This document shows, in pieces, positions 15,556 to 23,555 of a stretch of DNA of 32,000 nucleotides. Origin of the DNA: Fibrobacter succinogenes subsp. succinogenes S85 (GTDB lineage: Bacteria > Fibrobacterota > Fibrobacteria > Fibrobacterales > Fibrobacteraceae); contig NC_017448.1 of assembly GCF_000146505.1 (NCBI RefSeq), forward strand, positions 1,830,001 to 1,862,000, given 5' to 3'. The notes beneath the pieces are model-generated. The model saw only the letters and a program-made list of their open reading frames with translations, had not been told where the DNA came from and ran no database searches. Position 1 is the stretch's first letter. Every line of letters begins with the position of its first letter. A program made the position numbers and the translations under genes.

Positions 15556-16104
15556 ATGGCAGAAGAGATGATTGACATTTTGAACAGCGACGGGACTCCG
15601 GCGGGGTATTCCCGCAGCAGGACAGAAGTCCATGCGAAGGGGCTTTGGCACCGCACCGTCCATATCTGGGCTTTTGCACCCGACGGAAGAATCGTCTTTC
15701 AGCTCCGGAGCCACCTCAAGGAAAACAACCCGAACCTGCTCGACACGAGCTGCGCCGGGCATATTACCGCAGGCGACGACAGCCGACACGCTGGCGTCCG
15801 CGAACTCCGCGAAGAGATGGGCATCACCAAACGCCCCGAAGACTTGGAATACCTTTTTGAGGCGACCCACGAGAACGCTTTAAACAACAGAACGTATTTC
15901 GACAACGAATATTATGACACGTACAAGATAACGCTATCTGACGAAGAAGTGGAACATCTCGTTCCGCAGCCAGGCGAAGTAGACGACTTCATTTTGATGA
16001 CGCGCGATGAATTTTTGGCCATGTTCGCTCAAAATCCCGAAAAATTCGTAAATCACCCCAAAGATTACGCTTGGATAAAATCAATACAAATTACGCAAAA
16101 ATAA
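15556..16104 (+). CDS. Nudix hydrolase (IDI/YfcD-like subgroup)
   Basis: Nudix box GHITAGDDSRHAGVRELREEMGI. LWHRTVHIW is typical of the IDI-like branch. Confidence 0.85.
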   Translation: MAEEMIDILNSDGTPAGYSRSRTEVHAKGLWHRTVHIWAFAPDGRIVFQLRSHLKENNPNLLDTSCAGHITAGDDSRHAGVRELREEMGITKRPEDLEYLFEATHENALNNRTYFDNEYYDTYKITLSDEEVEHLVPQPGEVDDFILMTRDEFLAMFAQNPEKFVNHPKDYAWIKSIQITQK

Positions 16105-16169
16105 GTTTAAAGTAGTTAAATAGCCAAATTAATTAATATAGATTAATAAGTTGGATTTGGGTTAATTTT

Positions 16170-17036
16170 ATGAAGTACAAAAACACAGCCATTGTTGTCG
16201 AGGGCGGCGGTTTACGCGGGTCGTATGCCGGCGGCGTTCTTGACATACTCGCCGACAAAGAAATCAAGTTTGGCGGGGCCTGCGGCACATCGGCAGGCGC
16301 CACGCACCTGTGCAGTTTTCTCTCAGGACAAATCGGGCGCAACTTCCGCGTCGATACCGTGCACTCCAAGAGCCCGCGCTACATGAGCTTCAGGAACCTG
16401 CTTTTCACAGGCGACTACTTTGCTTTCGACTATTGCTACAAGCAAATTCCATACAAAATTGACCCGTTTGAATTTGACAAGTTCGCCGCCCAGTGCCAAG
16501 AGACCGAATTCCGCGTCTGCATGACAGACGTTGAAACCGGTCTTGCCGAATACCCGCGCATTTTGGACTACCGCAACGAAGACGACATGAACCGCATCCG
16601 CGCATCGGCAAGTCTCCCGATTTTAAGCAAGGTCGTCGAAATCCACGGGAAAAAGTTCCTGGATGGCGGCGTCGCCGACAGTATTCCGTTCGAGCCCATG
16701 TTCAAAAGTGGTTTTGAACGCGCCGTCGTGATTCTCACGCGCCCGCTCGGCTACCGCAAAAAGGTCAACAAGGCCCTCCCGCTCGTCAAGCTTGCCTTCC
16801 GTCATTACCCGAAATTCGTCGAAGCGGTCGCCACGCGCCATATCCGCTACAACCAGGCGCTCGACAGGCTCGCCAAACTCGAATCCGAGGGCAAAGTCTT
16901 CATCTACCGCCCGAGCCGCCTCATCAAAATTTCGGACATCGAGAGCAACAAGAAGAAAATCGCCCAGCTTTACGAGCTCGGCAAGGAAGACGCGCACAAC
17001 AAAATGCCGAATTTGCTGAAATTTTTGGAAGGATAG
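16170..17036 (+). CDS. patatin-like phospholipase
   Basis: Has GGGLRG (oxyanion), GTSAG (GxSxG nucleophile) and DGGVAD (catalytic Asp). 288 aa. Confidence 0.9.
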   Translation: MKYKNTAIVVEGGGLRGSYAGGVLDILADKEIKFGGACGTSAGATHLCSFLSGQIGRNFRVDTVHSKSPRYMSFRNLLFTGDYFAFDYCYKQIPYKIDPFEFDKFAAQCQETEFRVCMTDVETGLAEYPRILDYRNEDDMNRIRASASLPILSKVVEIHGKKFLDGGVADSIPFEPMFKSGFERAVVILTRPLGYRKKVNKALPLVKLAFRHYPKFVEAVATRHIRYNQALDRLAKLESEGKVFIYRPSRLIKISDIESNKKKIAQLYELGKEDAHNKMPNLLKFLEG

Positions 17037-17042
17037 TCACTG

Positions 17043-17069
17043 GATCCCTCGACTTCGCTCGGGATGACA
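17043..17069 (-). repeat. REP-like GC-rich hairpin unit (TGTCATYCC family), copy 3
   Basis: The reverse complement reads tgtcatcccgagcgaagtcgagggatc. It is followed on the plus strand by T8 (17083-17090) and probably acts as the patatin gene's terminator. Confidence 0.55.
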
Positions 17070-17104
17070 CTTCTGAAAAGCCTTTTTTTTCGCGAAAAAA
17101 CGGC

Positions 17105-17158
17105 AATTTACAACGCTCGTTGAAAATTTTACAACGCGAAGCCTATTTTCTCAACGCG
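17105..17158 (+). promoter_or_regulatory. three phased direct repeats TTT(T)nCAACGC upstream of the TIGR02147-type gene
   Basis: The repeats are aatttaCAACGC (17105-17116), attttaCAACGC (17126-17137) and ttttctCAACGC (17146-17157). CAACGC starts at 17111, 17132 and 17152, a spacing of 21 and 20 nt. A perfect TATAAT box is at 17176-17181. Confidence 0.45.
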
Positions 17159-17198
17159 TTTTCGCAACACGCCCCTATAATAATATAGATTATAGGGT

Positions 17199-18065
17199 AT
17201 GCCTGAAGTATTAGATTACCTGGAATATCGCGAGTACCTTAAGGACTGGTTTGTCGAGACCAAGAAAGACAACCCGTTCACCTCGTACCGCTATCTCGGC
17301 CAGAAAACCGGCGTGGACCCGGCCTGGCTTGTTCGAGTTTTCCAAAAAGAAGGCCATCTGAACGAGAGCACCCTGCCCGTGTTCATCAGAATTTGCGGCC
17401 TAGACGATCGAAGGGCAGAATATTTCAAGACCCTTTACAGGTTCAACAAGACCAAGGCAAAGCAGACGCTCTCCGAGCTTTACTACAAGCTCCTGGAACT
17501 CCGTTCCCTTGAAACGCGCGTGCTTTCGGAACCGGAACTCGCCTACTTTGGCAGCTGGGCATGCGCTGCGCTCCGCGCCCTCATCGGCATCACGAAGGAC
17601 ACGAGCGATATCGCAGGCCTCGGCAAGCATTTGAACCCGCCTATTTCGCAGGATGACGCCCGCAACGCGCTCGGCATCTTGAAGCAGCTTGGGCTCGTCG
17701 TGCCGGACGGCACCGGCGGCTGGAACATCACCGACCAGATTATCAGTACTGGCGGCGAAGTCAAGAGTTCTGCAGTCCGCAGTTTCCACAGACACACAAT
17801 GGAACTTGCGCAGGAATCGCTCGACCGCCACAAACCCGAAGAACGCGACATTTCGAGCGTGGTCTTCACCGCAGATGAATCCGACCTGCCTGAAATCAAG
17901 CACAAGATTGAAGAATTTCGCCGCGGCCTTCTGCAGTTTGCCCGCAAGAGCGAACGCGCCGACCGCGTTTATGCACTGAACATCGCTATGTACCCCCTTT
18001 CCGACAAGGTAGCCGACCCGGCAACAGGCCCTACCTCGCCCGAAAACAAAGGAGGTGCAAAATGA
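17199..18065 (+). CDS. TIGR02147-family protein (paralogous family expanded in Fibrobacter)
   Basis: 288 aa. The N-terminus YLEYREYLKDWFVETKKDNPFTSYRYLGQKTGVDPAWLVRVFQKEGHL...AEYFKTLYRFNKTK fits my memory of the family signature. Confidence 0.75.
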   Translation: MPEVLDYLEYREYLKDWFVETKKDNPFTSYRYLGQKTGVDPAWLVRVFQKEGHLNESTLPVFIRICGLDDRRAEYFKTLYRFNKTKAKQTLSELYYKLLELRSLETRVLSEPELAYFGSWACAALRALIGITKDTSDIAGLGKHLNPPISQDDARNALGILKQLGLVVPDGTGGWNITDQIISTGGEVKSSAVRSFHRHTMELAQESLDRHKPEERDISSVVFTADESDLPEIKHKIEEFRRGLLQFARKSERADRVYALNIAMYPLSDKVADPATGPTSPENKGGAK

Positions 18066-19396
18066 TTTTCAAAAAGAAATTATATATTAAGGGTATGGAC
18101 TTGAAGCAGAACAACAACAGACGCCTGATTTCGCTGATTGCACCGTTTGCAATCGGGTTTTCGCTTTGCGCCTGCGGTTCTGACAACGTAGCAGGTGGCG
18201 GCCCGAGCGGCACAGAAGCTGGCAACGCCATCACTGCACAGATCCTTATCGCCAACGCACCTGCAGCAAATGCACGCGTCAAGCTCGTCGAGCACAACAG
18301 TCTCGACGGTCAAGGCTATACGGCTACCGCAGACTCGAACGGCTTTGTCTCCATTGAACACGTCGCCGTTGGCAACTACACGATGGAAGCCTCCCTTGAT
18401 GAATCCGCACTCGCTCTCCAGCTCCCTGTGGATGTCAAGGACACCGTAAGCGATGTCACACTCGGCCAGCAGAATTTGCAAAAGTCCGTCTTTATCGGCG
18501 GTTCAATTACCGACTTTATTGACGATACGACTGAAAGCCTCAAAAACATGAACGGCTACGTCAAGTTCCGCGGCCTCGACCATTCTGCCGCCATCACGAA
18601 CGGCAAGTTTGAAATCTTCGGTCTCCCGGCAGGTCACCTGAACATGGTGATTATTCCGGCAGAAACAGCCGATACGGTAAAGGTCTCTGTTGAAACGGAT
18701 GCAGGCGACTCGGTCACAACGCTCAAGCCGAACACTCCGGAACCGGAAAAAGAGACTCTCCTCATTGACGATTTTGAAGACGGGGACTTCTATCACCGCC
18801 TCGCTCCCGAATACACGAATTTCATGTTCGGCGGTGGCCAATGGGCAATAAACACCGATCCAGCAATAGTAAACATCGATACATTGCCGGGTTCATTCAA
18901 AATCACCCCAGTTGCAACATACACCCCGTTCGGCGGCTCTCCATTTACCGCCGTCATTCAGGATGACGGGAACGGCGGCAAGGAAGTCCACTTTACAATC
19001 GAATTCCCGGATACATCCGCATACAAGCAGGCTAGCGCCATTGTCAAAGTGGATATCGGAAATTCTGGTGTAAGCTACGACCTCACCCCCATCGATACGA
19101 TTGCATTTGAAGCATGGGGTCAGGGATCTTCTGATTTCGTAATTATCGACGCCACGCTCAAGGACGTTGACGCCTCGCTTGGTGGAGCAGCATTCACCAT
19201 CGGCAAGACCTCCATGGAGCTCACGCAAGAGAAGAAGAAGTACAAGTTCGCACTTGCAGACATTGTACCCAACGAAGAAACACGCAAGAGCGCAACTACG
19301 ATGGGGCTTGTATTCCACAGCGATGCAGAACTCCACTTCGACAATCTTGAGTTCATCGGCAATGACTTGCTGAACATCTGGAAATCGAACAAATAA
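18062..19396 (+). CDS. lipoprotein with a CarboxypepD_reg-like domain and a C-terminal CBM/CIA30-like jelly-roll
   Basis: AGGAGG lies 6 nt upstream, and the start forms an ATGA overlap with the previous gene. Lipobox FSLCAC. VSIEHVAVGNYTMEA is Ig-like, and LLIDDFEDGDF is typical of CBM11/CIA30-type modules. Confidence 0.75.
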   Translation: MIFKKKLYIKGMDLKQNNNRRLISLIAPFAIGFSLCACGSDNVAGGGPSGTEAGNAITAQILIANAPAANARVKLVEHNSLDGQGYTATADSNGFVSIEHVAVGNYTMEASLDESALALQLPVDVKDTVSDVTLGQQNLQKSVFIGGSITDFIDDTTESLKNMNGYVKFRGLDHSAAITNGKFEIFGLPAGHLNMVIIPAETADTVKVSVETDAGDSVTTLKPNTPEPEKETLLIDDFEDGDFYHRLAPEYTNFMFGGGQWAINTDPAIVNIDTLPGSFKITPVATYTPFGGSPFTAVIQDDGNGGKEVHFTIEFPDTSAYKQASAIVKVDIGNSGVSYDLTPIDTIAFEAWGQGSSDFVIIDATLKDVDASLGGAAFTIGKTSMELTQEKKKYKFALADIVPNEETRKSATTMGLVFHSDAELHFDNLEFIGNDLLNIWKSNK

Positions 19397-20202
19397 TGTC
19401 TGGAGCAAATTCCGTAACATCGAATCAGGAAACCCTGCATAAAGATCTTGAAGAAGTTGTCCGCAAATACGCACGGACAACTTTTTTGCGTCCTATCGCA
19501 GACCACACACGAGAAGCATTTGCAGAAGTCGAAGAATTCGTGCGGAAGTTCTACGCAACAAGGAATGCCGACCCCGTCCCGGCACAAGGCCGGGATGACA
19601 TGATGTCCGGGGTGACTAGTGTAACAAGGAATGCCGACAATGGGACTGCGCCGCGAGCTGTGATTCTAGATTCTGGTTGCGGGACAGGCGAAAGTACAAT
19701 CCACATCGCTCGCCGCTTTCCGGGCATTCCCGTCATCGGGATAGACAAGTCCTGCGCCCGCCTGAACAAGGCCGGCAACCCATCGCAAACGGCGGGCGAA
19801 GACGTTCCCGCAAACGCATTCTGGATTCGCGCAGAGTTGTTGGACTTTTGGCGACTCGCATTGGATTACGTCAAAGCATGCAAGTGGACTATTCCATACC
19901 ATGCGGTTTATTACCCGAACCCGTGGCCAAAGCAAAGCGAAGCCACGAGACGTTTCCACATGCACCCGATTTTCCCGACGCTCCTTGCGCTCGGGAAAAC
20001 GATTGAACTCCGCACGAACTGGGAAATCTACGCCAGGGAATTCGCCGAAGCCGCGAGAATTGTTTTTGATGAACGCGCGGAAGCGGGAATGACAATTAAG
20101 TGCGAGAGTTTCAACTCCGAGAAACCAGAAACGGCCTTCGAGCGCAAATACAAAGAAGCCCGCCAAATACTATGGCGAGTGCTTGTGGCGTTGCCACAGT
20201 AG
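19396..20202 (+). CDS. trmB: TrmB-like SAM-dependent methyltransferase (tRNA m7G46 methyltransferase family)
   Basis: TAATG overlap with the upstream gene. SAM motif ILDSGCGTGES. YYPNPWPKQSEATRRFH matches the TrmB FPDPWxKxRHxKRR block. The N-terminus carries a 22-aa insert. Confidence 0.7.
   Translation: MSGANSVTSNQETLHKDLEEVVRKYARTTFLRPIADHTREAFAEVEEFVRKFYATRNADPVPAQGRDDMMSGVTSVTRNADNGTAPRAVILDSGCGTGESTIHIARRFPGIPVIGIDKSCARLNKAGNPSQTAGEDVPANAFWIRAELLDFWRLALDYVKACKWTIPYHAVYYPNPWPKQSEATRRFHMHPIFPTLLALGKTIELRTNWEIYAREFAEAARIVFDERAEAGMTIKCESFNSEKPETAFERKYKEARQILWRVLVALPQ
19557..19638 (+). repeat. 16-nt perfect direct repeat (aacaaggaatgccgac) flanking a hairpin element inside the trmB-like CDS
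   Basis: The repeat copies are at 19557-19572 and 19623-19638, a period of 66 nt (in frame). The intervening 50 nt contains tcccggc-acaag-gccggga + tgaca (19577-19600), a member of the TGTCATYCC family. Confidence 0.75.
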
Positions 20203-20215
20203 TTGGCAGAACTGA

Positions 20216-20248
20216 GAAAAAAGGCAATTCCGGCTCGGAGGCCGGAAT
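20216..20248 (-). terminator. rho-independent terminator of the 408-aa lipoprotein gene (also TGTCATYCC-family copy 5)
   Basis: attccggc-tcggag-gccggaat, an 8-bp stem. On the minus strand it is followed by gccTTTTTTc. The reverse complement of 20227-20252 reads tgtcattccggcctccgagccggaat. Confidence 0.65.
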
Positions 20249-20262
20249 GACAATGCAACGTT

Positions 20263-20297
20263 TTCTAAGTTCTAAGCTCTAAGTTCTAAGTTCTACT
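20263..20297. repeat. heptanucleotide tandem repeat (TTCTAAG)x4.5
   Basis: ttctaag ttctaag ctctaag ttctaag ttctac. The last unit contains the stop codon of the minus-strand gene. Confidence 0.8.
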
Positions 20298-21519
20298 TCC
20301 TATCCTTCATCCAGTTCGCGATGAACTTCAAGTTGCGCGTAAAGCGCACGTCCATAGCAGCACCAGGCACTACGATAAATTCCGAAAGCCCATACTTTTC
20401 ACCCTTGCTGCCCCAGTCATACGTATAACCCAAGCGAGTCCATGGGCGGGCATCCGGTCCAGTGTAGCTCTTTGAAGCACGATCATCAAACCAGTTCTTG
20501 AACCACATCATGCGTTCCGAAATTTCGGCATCGTTGCTCAGCTCGCCTTCAAAAGCGGTGCGCATGTCGTAAGACTTCACATCCGGCATATATGCAGGTC
20601 GCATCAAGTCATCCGGTTTCACCCACAAGAATGCCATGTGCGTCGCCTTGGATGTTCTCGGTTCGCCAAAGAGCTGCTTAAATCTCAAGTCCCAGTTGCG
20701 CACGCCATCCTTATGGTCCTGATACCACAACAAGAGTTCCTTTTCGTTCACGACCCAGACCACGCTATCAGACTTGACTAGTTCGCCATCCTTGTAAGTC
20801 TCGGGATCGGACGTAAGCGTCACCACGAGGAGCCTGGACTTGTCGCTGTTCCAAGTGACCTTATCGCTATATTCATCAAGCGTCACGATATTGAACTTTT
20901 CTTCTTCGAGCGCTTCGGAAGCATCTTTCACGGCGGCCGCGAACTTCACATCCAGAATAGAATCGCGATTCACCATCGAAATCTTTTTGCCCTTGTTGTC
21001 AAGGATATCGCAATACGGGATGCTGTCGGTGTTTACAGCCACTTCGGCCTTTGCAAACTGTTCCCTCAAAAGCTCGCCATTATAGGTAAACAGCGTATCG
21101 CCATCCATAAACGAGACGACCACCTTGCAGAAACCCTTTTCCGGAATCACGACCGATGTCGGGAAGCGTTCATTCCCCGCCCCGGTTGTATCCAGTTCCA
21201 TCTTGTTTTCGTTTTCACCACAAGTGTACTTGTATTCCGTAAGCGTCGCAACGCCCGGCTTCATTTCGCTAAAGAACACGTTTTCCTGTTCGCTGCTAAA
21301 GGCGGGCTTTACAATGATGGACTTGCCACCAAGCGTCATCGTATGCGGGATACCTTCGCCACAGTAGTAGGCCGGCTGGCGGAACACGCCGATAATGCCC
21401 GTTTTACCCTGAAAATTTTCAGCCTTGGAGACGCTATCGCCTCTCGTAAATGCACAACCCAACAAAGCAAGAGCAAATGCGCTCCCCAGTAAACAAATGT
21501 TCTTCATCCGATTCCTCAT
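20293..21519 (-). CDS. hypothetical lipoprotein (408 aa, no family recognised)
   Basis: Signal plus lipobox MKNICLLGSAFALALLGC. It is a long ORF with its own terminator. Confidence 0.75.
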   Translation of the reverse strand: MRNRMKNICLLGSAFALALLGCAFTRGDSVSKAENFQGKTGIIGVFRQPAYYCGEGIPHTMTLGGKSIIVKPAFSSEQENVFFSEMKPGVATLTEYKYTCGENENKMELDTTGAGNERFPTSVVIPEKGFCKVVVSFMDGDTLFTYNGELLREQFAKAEVAVNTDSIPYCDILDNKGKKISMVNRDSILDVKFAAAVKDASEALEEEKFNIVTLDEYSDKVTWNSDKSRLLVVTLTSDPETYKDGELVKSDSVVWVVNEKELLLWYQDHKDGVRNWDLRFKQLFGEPRTSKATHMAFLWVKPDDLMRPAYMPDVKSYDMRTAFEGELSNDAEISERMMWFKNWFDDRASKSYTGPDARPWTRLGYTYDWGSKGEKYGLSEFIVVPGAAMDVRFTRNLKFIANWMKDRK

Positions 21520-21565
21520 CCTAATTAACTATTCAAAATATAGTTAACTCAAAATTTTTGCCATT

Positions 21566-23218
21566 TCATTTGGGTAAAGCCGAGACTCGTTTTGCAAGCA
21601 GCGGCCTTCCATTTACGTCTAGCCGCACGAAAGCGGGACGATTCCACCCGGAAATGTCAACCAATGCAGACGATTCCGTAAAGGAGTACGACTTGATAAC
21701 ATTTCCAAGAGCGTCGTAAAATCGGAGCGTCTTTTGCCCCGCCACAGGGACTTCAACATTCAGGATTCTACGGGTCATGAACACACGCGCGCCGCGCACT
21801 ACACTTTGAGCAAGCGAAACCGTTTCCGACGATGAACTTGAGCTTTCTACAGAAGAGCTAGATGATGAAACGCTAGGGCATTGATCAAGCGCTGTCATAC
21901 GGTTCACCGTAAAGCACACGCGGTCATTTCCGTCAAAGACGATATTGAAAATTCCCTCAACAGATGTCGTACCGTTATTCCTGATAAATTCAAATTCCGT
22001 AAACGAATCCCCGTTTTTGGTCAGGACGGTCTTCACTTCGGCTCGCTGATGGTTTACATCTTTGTTCGGGTCATTCGAGTTAAAAACTTGAGCATTGTAA
22101 TCAATGTACCAAATGAAAACACCATTTTTGCCTTGCTTGCCACTGTATGACGACTGCCCTAATTTGGAGTCAAAGCCTACCGCAGGGCGATACTCAATGA
22201 TATAGTATTCATTGGGAAACTTCGGATTCGATACAGCATAGGCCTGCATACCCGAAAGATTCTTGAGCTCAAAAATCTTTTTGTTGTTCGAAATTTCCGT
22301 AAGATTCAGCCAGCCCATTGACTCGCGCTCGAAAGCAGAAAACGTCGGCGGATAGCCCCCATTTCCGTTACGAAGCCCAAGCGCCATCACGTCAAAAGGC
22401 AAGGGGCCGATTGTCGCATAGTCATTTGCATCGTTGCTGTACAAATCAGAAAGTCCCATAACATGGCAGAATTCATGAATAAATGCACCTAGCATGGCGA
22501 CATCTTTTGTACTTGTAGCATTCGGCTTTTTTTCTGCTTTCTGCGATACAAAAGCGTATTTATTAAAACTATAGCCATTTTTCGAATAAATTTTTCCTGT
22601 AGCTTGTTTCAAACCATCCATGTGGTTGTAAAAATAGTTGTTATACTCTTTAGCTTTTTCTTTCGATGTGGGGTGCAATATGATAAACGGAATAACAGTC
22701 CCGTACTTGCTCGCACGGGATGCAAAGTCACTGCGTTCAACCATAGCATCTATGGAGGGCAAAACAAATTTGCTAATGCTATTGTATTCGCTAAAATTTT
22801 TAGGAAGCTTGACCGGGTAAATATCAAAAGTCGGCTTAAATTGTCCGCCAGAGCTTTCTATATAGTAATCGCGGACGCTCCCAAACACGCCATTATCCTT
22901 GAAGCCTTCTTCGTTGAACATCCTTGCCATAAAGGCAGAATCCAAGGCCTTGAAATCAGCGGTTTCTACAAGTATCACCGGGAAATAGCGTTCGCCAGAG
23001 ACATAAGTCTCGACAGTGTTCCCTGAAAGGACTTTCATGACGCTGTTTGAAGCAGACGAATGGAGATCATCATCGGTGTAGATGATTTTTTCCATCACAA
23101 TATTTTCTTCAGATACAGCCGCCTGAGCCCACGCCATAGACGTGGATAATACGCAAGCCCCAAGCAGACGGGCCACAAATGTCATACCCCGAAAACAAGT
23201 CATATAATGAATATACAT
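21566..23218 (-). CDS. secreted zinc metalloprotease (M6/InhA-like HExxH) with a Ser-rich linker and a C-terminal sorting-type beta domain
   Basis: HEFCHVMGLSDLY zinc motif. Signal peptide MTFVARLLGACVLSTSMAWA; the start is ambiguous (23218, 23203 or 23185). A poly-Ser linker (SVSSSSSSVESSSSSSE) precedes an ~80-aa terminal domain. Confidence 0.75.
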   Translation of the reverse strand: MYIHYMTCFRGMTFVARLLGACVLSTSMAWAQAAVSEENIVMEKIIYTDDDLHSSASNSVMKVLSGNTVETYVSGERYFPVILVETADFKALDSAFMARMFNEEGFKDNGVFGSVRDYYIESSGGQFKPTFDIYPVKLPKNFSEYNSISKFVLPSIDAMVERSDFASRASKYGTVIPFIILHPTSKEKAKEYNNYFYNHMDGLKQATGKIYSKNGYSFNKYAFVSQKAEKKPNATSTKDVAMLGAFIHEFCHVMGLSDLYSNDANDYATIGPLPFDVMALGLRNGNGGYPPTFSAFERESMGWLNLTEISNNKKIFELKNLSGMQAYAVSNPKFPNEYYIIEYRPAVGFDSKLGQSSYSGKQGKNGVFIWYIDYNAQVFNSNDPNKDVNHQRAEVKTVLTKNGDSFTEFEFIRNNGTTSVEGIFNIVFDGNDRVCFTVNRMTALDQCPSVSSSSSSVESSSSSSETVSLAQSVVRGARVFMTRRILNVEVPVAGQKTLRFYDALGNVIKSYSFTESSALVDISGWNRPAFVRLDVNGRPLLAKRVSALPK

Positions 23219-23294
23219 ATATTTAGCGAAACCTCCAAAACAAGCAACTCCTAAATTTCTATCTTTGGGCGTGTAAAACTAAAGAGGTCTAATT

Positions 23295-23555
23295 ATGACG
23301 TTTGAAGAAATGTACGCACTGGCCTGCCAGCGCAAGAAAGATATGCCGGAAGGCAAAGGCACCACGGAACTCTTCAAGAAAGGCCCGCACGGCATCGGCA
23401 AGAAGCTCGTCGAAGAAGCCGCCGAAAGCTGGATGGCTGCACGCTTTGAATCGCGCGACGCCCAGTGTCTCGAACTTTCTCAAGTACTCTACTATGTTGC
23501 CGTCATGATGGCAGAAAAAGGTCTCACCCTCGAAGAAGTGTACGCAAAACTATGA
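23295..23555 (+). CDS. hisE: phosphoribosyl-ATP pyrophosphatase
   Basis: 86 aa, MazG-like. TTELFKKGPHGIGKKLVEEAAESWMAA and YYVAVMMAEKGLTLEEV fit HisE. Confidence 0.8.
   Translation: MTFEEMYALACQRKKDMPEGKGTTELFKKGPHGIGKKLVEEAAESWMAARFESRDAQCLELSQVLYYVAVMMAEKGLTLEEVYAKL

Noticed and set aside
15556-17036. The Nudix plus patatin pair as a CBASS-like defence module
   Set aside because: There is no CD-NTase or cyclase or other signalling gene. The two genes are separated by 65 nt with an independent promoter-like region, and both look like common housekeeping subfamilies (IDI/YfcD-like Nudix and a ~290-aa patatin).
17083-17100. The perfect palindrome TTTTTTCGCGAAAAAA
   Set aside because: It is a low-complexity A/T run around a CGCG core. 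It probably reflects only the T-tract of the patatin terminator abutting an A-tract, and there is no second copy or other context.
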